Positions 10,138 to 19,412 of a DNA stretch of 64,000 bases are shown in pieces (positions within the stretch are counted from its first letter, which is position 1; every line of letters starts with the position of its first letter). This stretch comes from a virus, in the IMG/VR virus record IMGVR_UViG_3300025288_000012, positions 32,001 to 96,000 of that record; one strand, given 5' to 3'. Under the pieces are notes generated by a model. The model saw only the letters and a list, made by a program, of their open reading frames with translations, ran no database searches and was not told the DNA's origin. The position numbers and the translations under genes were made by a program.

Positions 10138-10562
10138 TATAGTGCTCCGTTGGTTGCGATAATTTTTAGCCACACGTCGTTAGGTTCGAGGTTCCGTCGA
10201 GCACAATCATTTACCAAGCTAGTCGCTATAACTAGCCTTACATTTTTCGGCTTGTCCAGGAAATACTCCGAGGAGTAGAACTTGTTTATGAACGGTACAG
10301 TTAGCTGGGACAACGAATACTCAAAAGAAGACCTGAACATAGACAGTTCCTCTTCAGTATACACCGCGTCTTCCTTTGACTCCGGGGACTGAAGTATTAA
10401 GATCTGTTGGTTAAGTCGAAGTATCTCTTGTCTCAAGCTCTCTACCAAGTTAGAGTCAACGTTGCCTTCCGACAACGATACCAGCAGACGAGTTGAAATA
10501 ACGTTTGCAGCAGCAGAAGTTTGAGCTAGTTCATGGATAATGTGGCGGAGTCTAGAGGGCAT
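10137..10562 (-). CDS. Hypothetical protein (internal LLVSLSE motif)
   Basis: 141-aa ORF in a tightly packed minus-strand run. Confidence 0.6.
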   Translation of the reverse strand: MPSRLRHIIHELAQTSAAANVISTRLLVSLSEGNVDSNLVESLRQEILRLNQQILILQSPESKEDAVYTEEELSMFRSSFEYSLSQLTVPFINKFYSSEYFLDKPKNVRLVIATSLVNDCARRNLEPNDVWLKIIATNGAL

Positions 10563-10583
10563 GTTAGTGATTTCCTTGAATTT

Positions 10584-11384
10584 TTACAGTTTGTCAGAAG
10601 TTTTTAAGGCTTTCCAGGTCTTGGCGAGATAGGTTTTCGCTTCGTCAGGCTTACCCAGTGCGATAAACTTGCCTAGATACACTACTACCTTAAGGACAAC
10701 AGCATCACGGGAACGTCGGACTGACACTACGTATGACTTTGTCTTAGTCAGAACTAGCCATCCCCAGTCTTGAGGTTCTTTCTGCTCCAGACTACTTGAG
10801 GTAGGCAACACCGATTTACCCTTTACCGTCTTGTCCTGCAACTGCACAGGTAGCTTTCCAGAAAATCCAGTAAGCCTAGACAGAGCCTGTTCTAGCTGAA
10901 CTTTTACTTTAGGCTGGAGAGTTGAGTAGCTCGTTACCTGGTATAGCTTGCCGGTGTCAGCCACACTGACTACGATGCGTTTACGCGTAAAGACAGATTG
11001 GAAGTTGTACCTTCTCACTACCTTATCGGATTCGAGTACCAACTGGGATAGTTGCTCAGTAACAAGCCGCTTGTAGACTTTATCGGGATTGAGTGCGGTC
11101 TTCGTTACTGGGTCAGCTACTTTACGCGCAAAAGGGTTAACCCTATTGTAGCGCATGTACCTGATAAACTCCAGTATAGTGTAGAGTAGCCTTGAGTCTG
11201 CATCAGGAGCAGCGAAGTCGGATTCTTCGATAAAGGTCCTCCACTCGGCCTCGTACTTCGGATTGAAGACTATAGGAAGTGTAACCTTGCTGGTATTAGT
11301 AACACCGAATGTCTGCAGCAACTTTTTTACTGAGTCTGCAGAGCTTCTAGAAATCAAACGGTGAGTTACACTTAACGCGTCCAT
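10584..11384 (-). CDS. Hypothetical protein
   Basis: 266-aa ORF abutting neighbours. Confidence 0.65.
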   Translation of the reverse strand: MDALSVTHRLISRSSADSVKKLLQTFGVTNTSKVTLPIVFNPKYEAEWRTFIEESDFAAPDADSRLLYTILEFIRYMRYNRVNPFARKVADPVTKTALNPDKVYKRLVTEQLSQLVLESDKVVRRYNFQSVFTRKRIVVSVADTGKLYQVTSYSTLQPKVKVQLEQALSRLTGFSGKLPVQLQDKTVKGKSVLPTSSSLEQKEPQDWGWLVLTKTKSYVVSVRRSRDAVVLKVVVYLGKFIALGKPDEAKTYLAKTWKALKTSDKL

Positions 11385-11385
11385 G

Positions 11386-11895
11386 TCAATCCTTCAGGTC
11401 AGAAACAGTCTCTTGGTGAAACTGGCAGGACGCCGGCTTAGCTGCAAGTCTCCTGTTAATTGAACTTATGCGGTTCGTAAGCTGTGGAGTCTCGTCAATG
11501 TCTGTCCACAAGGTTACATGCAGCATCAGATCATCGTAGGAATGCTTGGCACCACGACCAATCCACACCTTATGACGTTTCTGTAGTGCGTCCGATTGTA
11601 GCTTCGCGGTCAGGTACTTCTTGTCGTCAGAGCCCCTGAAGATTTCAACTTCATTCAGCTGGGCGTCGTACTTCTTGGCAGGGTCGGTCTCAACAGAATT
11701 CGGAGTAGCGTCCTTGCTGTACAAGACCGTTATGTGGAACTTTGAAGGGTCGGGCTTTACACCCAAGGCTTCAGCCAGTGAGGACAATAGGGCGGCCGTA
11801 GCCTTCGTGGGAATAACCGACACATACGCACCATTGCCGCCTGTGAAAGGCAGCATCTCAAGTGTCGGAGAACTTAGAGAGACCATGACTTTCAT
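11386..11895 (-). CDS. 2H phosphodiesterase, Acb1 (T4 57B)-like anti-CBASS nuclease candidate
   Basis: Two HxT motifs (FHITVLYS, LHVTLW); GAYVSV, LQSDALQKRH..GAKHSYDD and the C-terminal ETVSDLK parallel T4 Acb1 as I recall it. Confidence 0.75.
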   Translation of the reverse strand: MKVMVSLSSPTLEMLPFTGGNGAYVSVIPTKATAALLSSLAEALGVKPDPSKFHITVLYSKDATPNSVETDPAKKYDAQLNEVEIFRGSDDKKYLTAKLQSDALQKRHKVWIGRGAKHSYDDLMLHVTLWTDIDETPQLTNRISSINRRLAAKPASCQFHQETVSDLKD

Positions 11896-12317
11896 TTTAG
11901 TGCCTCGGACGAGAAGCGGAGCAGCTCAAGGTTTGTGTTCAAGGTAAACGTCTTGAAAGGTATCGCAATCATGCGGGCGAAATGTTCCGGGTCAGCCTTT
12001 GACCACTCGTGGTACTTGTCACCACGTTTTTCCATTTCGCGGAACAACACCTTCGCAGTACCAAGCACACCCTCAAACTTGGCCATGTTACGCGTACCAC
12101 GCAGCGTAACGATAGTGTTCTTAGACTTGGCCTCAAGCCTAGGAGTAGCGATACGGATCAAGAAATCCGTCATACCAGGACGAATACGGGCTAGTTCAAT
12201 GCGAAGATAGGACAGCAACGGGCTGCCACTTTCACTTAGAAAGGAGTCGGTAGATTCGCTGTACTGGAGATACGGGCAAGGCTCGTGGTTGGGTTCGTTG
12301 TGAATGCGCGGTTCCAT
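11892..12317 (-). CDS. Hypothetical protein
   Basis: 141-aa ORF, 4-nt overlap with the next gene. Confidence 0.6.
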   Translation of the reverse strand: MEPRIHNEPNHEPCPYLQYSESTDSFLSESGSPLLSYLRIELARIRPGMTDFLIRIATPRLEAKSKNTIVTLRGTRNMAKFEGVLGTAKVLFREMEKRGDKYHEWSKADPEHFARMIAIPFKTFTLNTNLELLRFSSEALK

Positions 12318-12327
12318 ATCAACTCCA

Positions 12328-12837
12328 TTAGGTGAAAAGTGGTTTGAACTTATGAGTGTCTATGTCAACACTGCGTGACGGTGCGAACTCACCGTAAAGT
12401 CTCTTAGGCATATCTGAAGCGCCAAGGTAACGTACCTTGAAACTAGGTGTGTACTTCTCACCTTCTTCAAACTTGTATCTCGAGTATCCACCGAAGGCTG
12501 CCTGAACAGCAACTATCATACTGGTGCCACCTTCGGTCAGTAAAGCTTGGGCCCGGTGTCGACCTTCGTGTTCTTGGATCTGTCCTATTTTTACAGGACT
12601 ACCGAACCTAACGGTGTCGAAGCTGACCTTAATGGTTGGGATCTGAGAACTTCCAGACGTAGCCCATTTATTGTATTCATCAAGTGTCTTTGCACTGTTC
12701 TGTATTTCGTCCAGGGCTGCGGAACTATTCGTAGTAAGGTAAAGGAAGTCTTTCGGGTGGATGAAAATTAGTCCGCAGCACTTGTTACCTCGCGCGAGTT
12801 CTAACATCTTCCGAGTTATGACTAGGAACTTTTTCAC
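12328..12837 (-). CDS. ParB/Srx-like N-terminal domain protein (tentative)
   Basis: IQEHEGRHRAQAL resembles the ParB (D/E)GHxR box. Confidence 0.4.
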   Translation of the reverse strand: MKKFLVITRKMLELARGNKCCGLIFIHPKDFLYLTTNSSAALDEIQNSAKTLDEYNKWATSGSSQIPTIKVSFDTVRFGSPVKIGQIQEHEGRHRAQALLTEGGTSMIVAVQAAFGGYSRYKFEEGEKYTPSFKVRYLGASDMPKRLYGEFAPSRSVDIDTHKFKPLFT

Positions 12838-13184
12838 GACAGACTCTTCAGCACATCAAGATGCTTCTTCAGCATGGCAGGTAGTTGGTTGACAAACAGA
12901 GCTTCATCCGTGAAGGATACTCCGTCTGACAGATACACCTTGGACTCAGTCTCAAAGAAAAAGACCCTTAAAGGAATAGTTTCAGCCTTCGTGCTTATAG
13001 GCAGACTGAAGCGAGTAGCAAAAAAGTTCTTCCCAGTCTTGTAGTCCTTGTAATTCACATAAGCTACCTGAATTCTACTTCTTGGTATGCCTAGTAAGCC
13101 AGCAAGCAGAGCCAGCAAGACTGTTGAGTGAGCTGAAGATTTCGTCATCTTAGGTGCGAATGAAGGGGTTGCTTGCTGTGACAA
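12834..13184 (-). CDS. Hypothetical protein
   Basis: 116-aa ORF in the operon-like run. Confidence 0.5.
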   Translation of the reverse strand: MSQQATPSFAPKMTKSSAHSTVLLALLAGLLGIPRSRIQVAYVNYKDYKTGKNFFATRFSLPISTKAETIPLRVFFFETESKVYLSDGVSFTDEALFVNQLPAMLKKHLDVLKSLS

Positions 13185-13414
13185 TTAACGCAGAGTGTTT
13201 TTAGATTGTACGACACTGTGCGACCTCCTCTGCTTACTGGTACTATGTGATGCACCTCAAGCCTAACCAAACGTCTAGGGGTTCCACACTTCGTGCATCG
13301 GTACCCGTCTCGCTTCATCACTGCCTCGCTTATTGCAGGCCAGTTGGTCGTGTAAGCAGTTGTGCGAGTCCTACGGATTTTCGATACGAGTTTAGGCTTG
13401 GTGTAGAGTCTCAT
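13145..13414 (-). CDS. Small HNH endonuclease
   Basis: RDGYRCTKC..LEVHHIVPVSRGG..NLKTLCVNCH. Confidence 0.85.
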   Translation of the reverse strand: MRLYTKPKLVSKIRRTRTTAYTTNWPAISEAVMKRDGYRCTKCGTPRRLVRLEVHHIVPVSRGGRTVSYNLKTLCVNCHSKQPLHSHLR

Positions 13415-13707
13415 AGCTTGAAGGTTATGTCACTCAATCCGGTTATGTCTATCAATCCTTTTGCGAAGGCATCTCGAAGTTCAAGAATCTCCTTCTCGGT
13501 AAGTTTACGATAGAAGGTCCACTTGTCTCTAGTGTAGCGTACGGCACCTTGGAGCTTGTTGGTCCTAGAGTCGTAAACGTAAGCCTGATTGTGTCGTGGA
13601 ATATCGACCCTACGACCACGGCTTACTAAGTACACACCATGATCTTCTACCCACTTGCGGAGGGGTTTCGTTATTTCATCTATGTCGTTAGGGATCATAA
13701 TAATCAA
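13411..13707 (-). CDS. Hypothetical protein
   Basis: 98-aa ORF with coupled start/stop. Confidence 0.55.
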   Translation of the reverse strand: MIIMIPNDIDEITKPLRKWVEDHGVYLVSRGRRVDIPRHNQAYVYDSRTNKLQGAVRYTRDKWTFYRKLTEKEILELRDAFAKGLIDITGLSDITFKL

Positions 13708-13977
13708 TTACGGCTTCAGCGTTAGTACGAAGGGCTCGGACTTGCCCGCAAAACGACTTGCAACCATCTTGGTGGAAGCAGGAAGAACACGCATCAGTTT
13801 CTTCATTATAGCCAGGAGCATGGTCATGGCGAAGCCAGCCTCAACCTTGAAGGTAAGTTTCAGATTGTCGCCCTCGGCCTCTACTTCCAGGAGAGTGATG
13901 CCAGGCAGAAAGACACCCTTCATTTCTTCAAAGAGCTTGAGGTAGTCTTCACCAGATATTGAGATATTGAGTTTCAT
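13708..13977 (-). CDS. Hypothetical protein with MKLNISIS leader
   Basis: 89-aa ORF with coupled start/stop. Confidence 0.55.
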   Translation of the reverse strand: MKLNISISGEDYLKLFEEMKGVFLPGITLLEVEAEGDNLKLTFKVEAGFAMTMLLAIMKKLMRVLPASTKMVASRFAGKSEPFVLTLKP

Positions 13978-15875
13978 TTGGTTTTCCTTTCAACTTTTTT
14001 GGTCACACCCCATCCAGCCTTAAGGGCGTTTTTGAATCGTGCGGGGCCACGAATGAACAAGAGAGTGTCTAGTTCAGTCTTGGTTAGAGGTAGCAGTGAA
14101 GGCAGAGACTCACTAATAAATTTCCACGCTGTCTTTACCTTCGCTTGGTCACTGCTAAGCCGATACCAAGAGCCTACCTGTATGCCGTTAAATTCAGAAA
14201 CAAACGCTTGTAACTGTCGGATCATTCCTGTGTGGTTAATCAAGAACGAAGCAGCCTTTGTTTTGTTCTTCATGAGGCAAAGAGCAAAGAAGGTATCGAA
14301 ATAATCGTACAGGTAACCAGAAGTTGATAGCTTTGCAGCACGTGCACCTGACTTAAGGTCAGCAGCAGCATCAAGTGCAGCAGATTTCGCAGCCAGATCT
14401 GCTACTGTACTAGCTGCGTACATCTTTATGGCACTAGCAAGCTTGGGTGGTAAATTGGTATAGTTCACACCACTCTTGCGCGATTCTTTAACATCAGACA
14501 CAGGTCTAGACACAGCGAAGATACGGCTCTGCAGGGATTTGGGTAGTCTTCCCATATCGTATCCTTCGAGGACAAGTAGGAGTGACTTTAAGGCATCGTC
14601 CTCTATGGAGGTGACGTTGCCCATCGTCCGCACTATTACTTTACCCAGCAAGGACACGAAAGGCTTTCCAGTTGAGTTGCGGATAAGGAAGCTGTCAGCA
14701 TCATCACCCAATATATTCCTCAAAGCAAGGGGCGATAGGTCGGGAGTTACTAACGTAAAGTCGCCCTCGGTTTTAACCTTGTACTTAGTAGCCAGATACT
14801 TAAGGACGTCTGAATCTAGGCCACGGAAGAAGATACCAAGGTCATTCAAAGGCTTGCTGGAGTACAGCTTTATTTTGTCCCCGCCCGACAGCTTAGGTAT
14901 TTCGCTGGGTAAGAGATCCAAGTTTAGATTGAACCCCAAGTCGTAAGGCTCGCCCTTGTAGGTAACTATTCTGTTACTATGATAACTTTCGCCTTTTGCC
15001 ACCACGTAAGGCAAAGGACCCACCTCATCTTTTCTTAAGGCCTTTCTGAACGTCAACTCTCCAATTGACAGGCGTAGCTTGACGCCTTGTTTAGTAGCCT
15101 TTGAGGGTAGGAAGCGTAGTAGGTTGTTGTCCTCAAGGTACTTCATGGTCAAAGACTTAGAAATTCCTGACTGGTCAAGTCGTATAGTCTCCCACGGCTG
15201 GAAGCCGAAGAATGGGTAGACAAACGGTCTGTACTTAGGTATTACCTCGTCGTTTGTCTTACCTTTTATCTGCATAATGTCCTTACCTTCAACCTCAACC
15301 GTTACATGAGGTTGATTTTTCGAGTCGCGAAGGGAATAAATTTGTTTGTGGCCTTCAGAGACTTCGTTGCAGTAGCTGCCTACGCAATGACCCATTATCT
15401 TGCCTTCGCGGTCAAGCGACTGCATGCCTGTGACCTCTACCCAGTAGTAGCCCTGAGCTAGCTCCAGCACTACTTTCGTACCATCCTCGACGTCACTGAC
15501 GGTCTTGGCTGTCTTTAGACTCTCGTGCCACTTCTCTGACTTTGTTATGGCATAAGGCACGGACATGCGTTCAAAAGGTTCACTGGCAGCTTTCAAGTGA
15601 CGTAGGTAGTCGATAAGACGTGCAGAAATTTCCTCAACTTCACCCCATTTTACTTGCTGGAGGTCTTTCTTGGCGAAGGCAGTTTTTGCCCACTCTGGAG
15701 CACTGGCGTCTAGCTTCTCTACGTCTTGTGCGGGAGCATAATTCTGAACCCAGTTCTTGAAGGTAGACTTTATCCACTTAGCTATGGCAGGGTCGTTCTG
15801 GCCTGCAGCTATCTCAGCACAGTGCGACTTAACATCGTCAAGGAGATTGCGGGATAAGGAGACAAATAGTTTCAT
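13974..15875 (-). CDS. PcfJ-like domain protein with MKLFVSLS leader
   Basis: EGKIMGHCVGSY..IYSLRD..PHVTVEV..IMQIKGKTN is the PcfJ-like pattern. Confidence 0.65.
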   Translation of the reverse strand: MKLFVSLSRNLLDDVKSHCAEIAAGQNDPAIAKWIKSTFKNWVQNYAPAQDVEKLDASAPEWAKTAFAKKDLQQVKWGEVEEISARLIDYLRHLKAASEPFERMSVPYAITKSEKWHESLKTAKTVSDVEDGTKVVLELAQGYYWVEVTGMQSLDREGKIMGHCVGSYCNEVSEGHKQIYSLRDSKNQPHVTVEVEGKDIMQIKGKTNDEVIPKYRPFVYPFFGFQPWETIRLDQSGISKSLTMKYLEDNNLLRFLPSKATKQGVKLRLSIGELTFRKALRKDEVGPLPYVVAKGESYHSNRIVTYKGEPYDLGFNLNLDLLPSEIPKLSGGDKIKLYSSKPLNDLGIFFRGLDSDVLKYLATKYKVKTEGDFTLVTPDLSPLALRNILGDDADSFLIRNSTGKPFVSLLGKVIVRTMGNVTSIEDDALKSLLLVLEGYDMGRLPKSLQSRIFAVSRPVSDVKESRKSGVNYTNLPPKLASAIKMYAASTVADLAAKSAALDAAADLKSGARAAKLSTSGYLYDYFDTFFALCLMKNKTKAASFLINHTGMIRQLQAFVSEFNGIQVGSWYRLSSDQAKVKTAWKFISESLPSLLPLTKTELDTLLFIRGPARFKNALKAGWGVTKKVERKTK

Positions 15876-16429
15876 GACTTGGGCCCTAATAGAATGTTCT
15901 GAGTGTTTGATGCTGCAACATCGTAAGAGTGCTGCAACGCTTTAGTAATTTCTTTGACTATTGTTTCTATGGTGTCCATTGCAAACTTAGTTTCTTTTGG
16001 TGTAGTTGTTTCTTTAGCCAAGGTACGCAACTGGTAGAACGAATTGACGATGACCTGTCCCATTGCCTGAGAGAATGGTTGAAGCACATCCTTAACAAGC
16101 ATGTCAACCTGACCAGTCATGTCAGTCATGGTGCGAATGTCAGCAATAACCTCACGCTGCTGACTAAGTAACGTACAAAGGGCGTAGTAATTACGCCCGG
16201 AAGGGTTTGACACAGCATCACGTTTAGCTTGCCTTACCAATGTACGGAGAGATTTGTACATGTAAAGGTACTCTTGCAAGTACTCTTTATCACCCATTAC
16301 TGCTTCAGCCTTTTCTATTATCTGCTGGTCTTTTTCAACTGACCTCGCTAGACGTGCAGCTTTCTCCTTAGCCCTAGCAGGAGAACGGGGTTTTCTTTTC
16401 TTGCGGGTGATCTCTATTTCATCAGTCAT
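15872..16429 (-). CDS. Hypothetical helical protein with basic N-terminus
   Basis: 185-aa ORF; no recognisable motif. Confidence 0.6.
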   Translation of the reverse strand: MTDEIEITRKKRKPRSPARAKEKAARLARSVEKDQQIIEKAEAVMGDKEYLQEYLYMYKSLRTLVRQAKRDAVSNPSGRNYYALCTLLSQQREVIADIRTMTDMTGQVDMLVKDVLQPFSQAMGQVIVNSFYQLRTLAKETTTPKETKFAMDTIETIVKEITKALQHSYDVAASNTQNILLGPKS

Positions 16430-16707
16430 GAGTTGTACAGTGTACAGTAGGAGCGCAGTCGATTGTTGAAGTCAGTGCACCCCTTAGACAACCTGATTAG
16501 GTCGTGCAATTCATCAAGTTGCTCTTTCATTTCCTTGAGTATGAGGGACTCTGCACTACGCGAGTCGTCATGAAAGCTCAAGTTGTCAACGTAGGACCGT
16601 TGGTTCACAAAGTCTCTGGAAAGGCATTCGGCATGAGCAGTTAAGACACTTGTGGTATCTTCTCCAGGTAACAAGTCAGTGGGTAACTGAAGTTTAACAC
16701 TGCTCAT
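16426..16707 (-). CDS. Hypothetical protein
   Basis: 93-aa ORF with coupled overlap. Confidence 0.5.
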   Translation of the reverse strand: MSSVKLQLPTDLLPGEDTTSVLTAHAECLSRDFVNQRSYVDNLSFHDDSRSAESLILKEMKEQLDELHDLIRLSKGCTDFNNRLRSYCTLYNS

Positions 16708-16717
16708 GCTGAGTCCT

Positions 16718-17365
16718 TTACGCTGCTTCCGTCAAAGCTTTCTTTGCTGCACGGAATTTGGCCATGTCGGATTTGCTGATACTGACAACGTTGTCCGCGC
16801 CCAGTTTCACCAATACGACTTTGCCGAACATCGACTGCGACTCGACTACGTTTGCCTCATTCAGACCAGCCTTACCCAGCAGATCCTTCAGCATACCGAG
16901 GGACGAGTCGAACACTTTCAAATCGGCTTCACGAACGGCGCCACGAATCTTCGTCGCCTTTGTTTTTACAGAGTCAGATTTGGTTACATGGCGCTTGATG
17001 GCAGCATGGGCAAGTTTGATCTGTGCAGCCAGTGCAGCTGTAACACCAGGCAACTTCGGAGCAAGGATGGGCAACAGGAGCTTGACGTTGGGATTGGTCG
17101 TAATACGCTTGCGGAAAGTCAGCTTGACAGCACGTTGGGACATGTACTTAACGTCAAGCTTCTTCTCTTTGGCCGCACTGTAACCGATCGGTTTGGCCTT
17201 GCGAGGGTAGTAGTACGCACCCAGAACCTGGGCGTTACCCCCTTCGGGAGTTATGTACTTCGCAGCACGTTCACCCAAGGTGATGATCTTGGGCAAGTTC
17301 ACCATACCGTCGGCCAAGAGGTATGGATTGGGTGCTGCCGACAACGAGATGATTTCTTTAGACAT
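16718..17365 (-). CDS. Basic Ala/Lys-rich hypothetical protein, possibly virion
   Basis: 215 aa, strongly biased codons (AAG, GCC), AGGA upstream, IISLSA near the N-terminus. Confidence 0.7.
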   Translation of the reverse strand: MSKEIISLSAAPNPYLLADGMVNLPKIITLGERAAKYITPEGGNAQVLGAYYYPRKAKPIGYSAAKEKKLDVKYMSQRAVKLTFRKRITTNPNVKLLLPILAPKLPGVTAALAAQIKLAHAAIKRHVTKSDSVKTKATKIRGAVREADLKVFDSSLGMLKDLLGKAGLNEANVVESQSMFGKVVLVKLGADNVVSISKSDMAKFRAAKKALTEAA

Positions 17366-17430
17366 GATGATTCCTAGACGTAGTGGTTAACGATAAAAAT
17401 TACTGGTGTGACCTGTTCGCGTGCCCTCAT

Positions 17431-17649
17431 TTACCTTAGGTTTAGACGAAGTGAGTGCCTGCAGTCGTCTGGCAATAACAAGTGAGTTGGAACTAGGAAT
17501 TTTACCTTTATATTTCTCCTTGAATACCGCGAATTTAGCCCTGACTGCAGCGCTTTGCTACTGCGATTACGCTGGACGTTGCTGTGTACCTTCTCAAGCA
17601 AGGAGAGAAGCAAAGATGAGCCAGCGGAAAGTGACACCAGTAGTTTCAT
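17431..17649 (-). CDS. Small protein with MKLLVSLSA leader; possibly frameshifted
   Basis: Start overlaps the upstream stop; an alternative frame after about 17560 reads as more protein-like. Confidence 0.4.
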   Translation of the reverse strand: MKLLVSLSAGSSLLLSLLEKVHSNVQRNRSSKALQSGLNSRYSRRNIKVKFLVPTHLLLPDDCRHSLRLNLR

Positions 17650-18464
17650 AGCGTACTCCCACGGGCGTTAGACTGAATCCAGTTCCAAGCTATAGTACTA
17701 AGCTCTTCACGGCTAGCCGTGGCAAGACGTGTCAACTTCTCAATTTTCCGAGCAGAGGCAGTTGAACCATCGTGGGCATAGATAACACAAGCAGCTTCCA
17801 GGTGGTCCATAGCATCTGCTAGCTGCAACGACACCATATCAAGGTCAGCTTCCCTTGTGTCGGCGTCACGTATCGCAAACTTGTACAGTCGAGGTACGCT
17901 GCTCGTAAGGATGTCCTGAGCCACAGCAACTGCAGCCTTGTCACGCCCAGACTTTACAAGTTCCCTTGCAGGAGCTGCACTAAACAAAGGCAAAACCTTA
18001 AGTATCGCTGCACCCCAATCACCATCCTTTTTAGAGATAGCATCGAGCTTCTTTGCGATAGCACGGAACTTCTTGACAAGCCCGAGATTGAAAGTCCATG
18101 CGGTAGGCTGAGCAGACTTCAAGGCAGCGTTAAGAGCCTTGCTGACCTCAGCAAAGTTCGATGCCTCACCTGCTTTCTTACCTGCCTCTTTAGCCCGCTT
18201 GAGAACGTAGGCTATATCAATGTCGTCCAAGGTGTAGAGGAGTGTCGGACCACCAGTCTTAGTGATAAGACGTGAGTCTTTACCATTGGACGACTTACGG
18301 ATACCGAACAAGTCACCTTTCCTCAAGGTGTCACTTTTACCACGCCTTTCCAGTCCAAAAGGAACACCCGCAGTGTACTCATACCAGGTGTAAGTTCCGG
18401 TGTCCTTAACTGCAGACACCGAAAGCTGAGCAACAGCCGTTGCTAAAGAGACAGTAAGTTTCAT
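17646..18464 (-). CDS. Hypothetical protein with MKLTVSLA leader
   Basis: 272-aa ORF with GGAG RBS. Confidence 0.65.
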   Translation of the reverse strand: MKLTVSLATAVAQLSVSAVKDTGTYTWYEYTAGVPFGLERRGKSDTLRKGDLFGIRKSSNGKDSRLITKTGGPTLLYTLDDIDIAYVLKRAKEAGKKAGEASNFAEVSKALNAALKSAQPTAWTFNLGLVKKFRAIAKKLDAISKKDGDWGAAILKVLPLFSAAPARELVKSGRDKAAVAVAQDILTSSVPRLYKFAIRDADTREADLDMVSLQLADAMDHLEAACVIYAHDGSTASARKIEKLTRLATASREELSTIAWNWIQSNARGSTL

Positions 18465-18478
18465 TGCAGCCCTCCAGA

Positions 18479-19348
18479 TCAGCAGAACGAATGTTGCTTG
18501 ATGCGCTTGGCGAATTCAAGGAAGAACTTCGGGTCGCTGTTGTAGATGCGCTTATAGTAGTCGATCATGTAGTTGATGTCTACACGGCCAGAGCTTAATG
18601 CTACTTCCTGGTCAACAACTTCTTCGGTGTTCAGAGCGGGCTCGGGGAAGCCTTCCTGATTGTGAACGTCCACAACCGCATCGGTTTTGATGACTTCCGC
18701 TTCTTTGGCACCTTGTTGTAGAACCAGAGCTTCGTCTTCGTCAGTAGTTGCAACCACGAAACCCATGACAACCTGATTATTCAGATCAACGTAGGAAACG
18801 TAGGAACCACCTTGCACTTGAGAGGCAATGGCGCTGCACATAGCTTGCAGTTGACCATACTCATGAGAGCTGCGGTGTCCAGCAGAAGCGGTTGCTTCCA
18901 GCAAGTTCAGCAGGCTGAGGTCATCCTCGGAGCTGGTCTTGATAAGGATATCGCCGGCCACAGTACGCTTCAGTGCCCACATGTCCTTTTCGTCATCCAT
19001 GAACATGTTGGAGGATATGGCGCGGAAACCTTTCAGTGCATTTTCGTCAACGGCCACTATCTCGCGAACCTTGCCCACGACACCGGTGATACGGTCGGTG
19101 AAAGCGCCACTCGACACGGTAACGAAGGACTCACGAACTGCCTCGAAACGACCTTGCAGTTTGCGACCAATCGAGGCCAGGATAAGGGCGGCGTTACCGC
19201 GACTCTTGGAAGAATGGGTAACGTCGATTACTACACGGGCCATATCCTTGCCCGCAGATGAGTAGCTCTTCAGCTCAATGGTCGGTTCATCGGACTTGAC
19301 CTGACCGATGGCGGCGTGGATGGAATGATCGTGTCTAGCGTTTTTCAT
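18479..19348 (-). CDS. Putative virion structural protein
   Basis: 289 aa, highly biased codon usage, strong AAGGAG RBS; function inferred from context only. Confidence 0.55.
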   Translation of the reverse strand: MKNARHDHSIHAAIGQVKSDEPTIELKSYSSAGKDMARVVIDVTHSSKSRGNAALILASIGRKLQGRFEAVRESFVTVSSGAFTDRITGVVGKVREIVAVDENALKGFRAISSNMFMDDEKDMWALKRTVAGDILIKTSSEDDLSLLNLLEATASAGHRSSHEYGQLQAMCSAIASQVQGGSYVSYVDLNNQVVMGFVVATTDEDEALVLQQGAKEAEVIKTDAVVDVHNQEGFPEPALNTEEVVDQEVALSSGRVDINYMIDYYKRIYNSDPKFFLEFAKRIKQHSFC

Positions 19349-19412
19349 GAAAAACTCCTTGAAGTGTTAAAAATGCGACGAGCAAGTCACATGGGATTAA
19401 ATTACAAAACCA

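Noticed and set aside
15872-16429. Terminase small subunit
   Set aside because: Only size and a basic N-terminus fit; no motif and no large terminase in the window.
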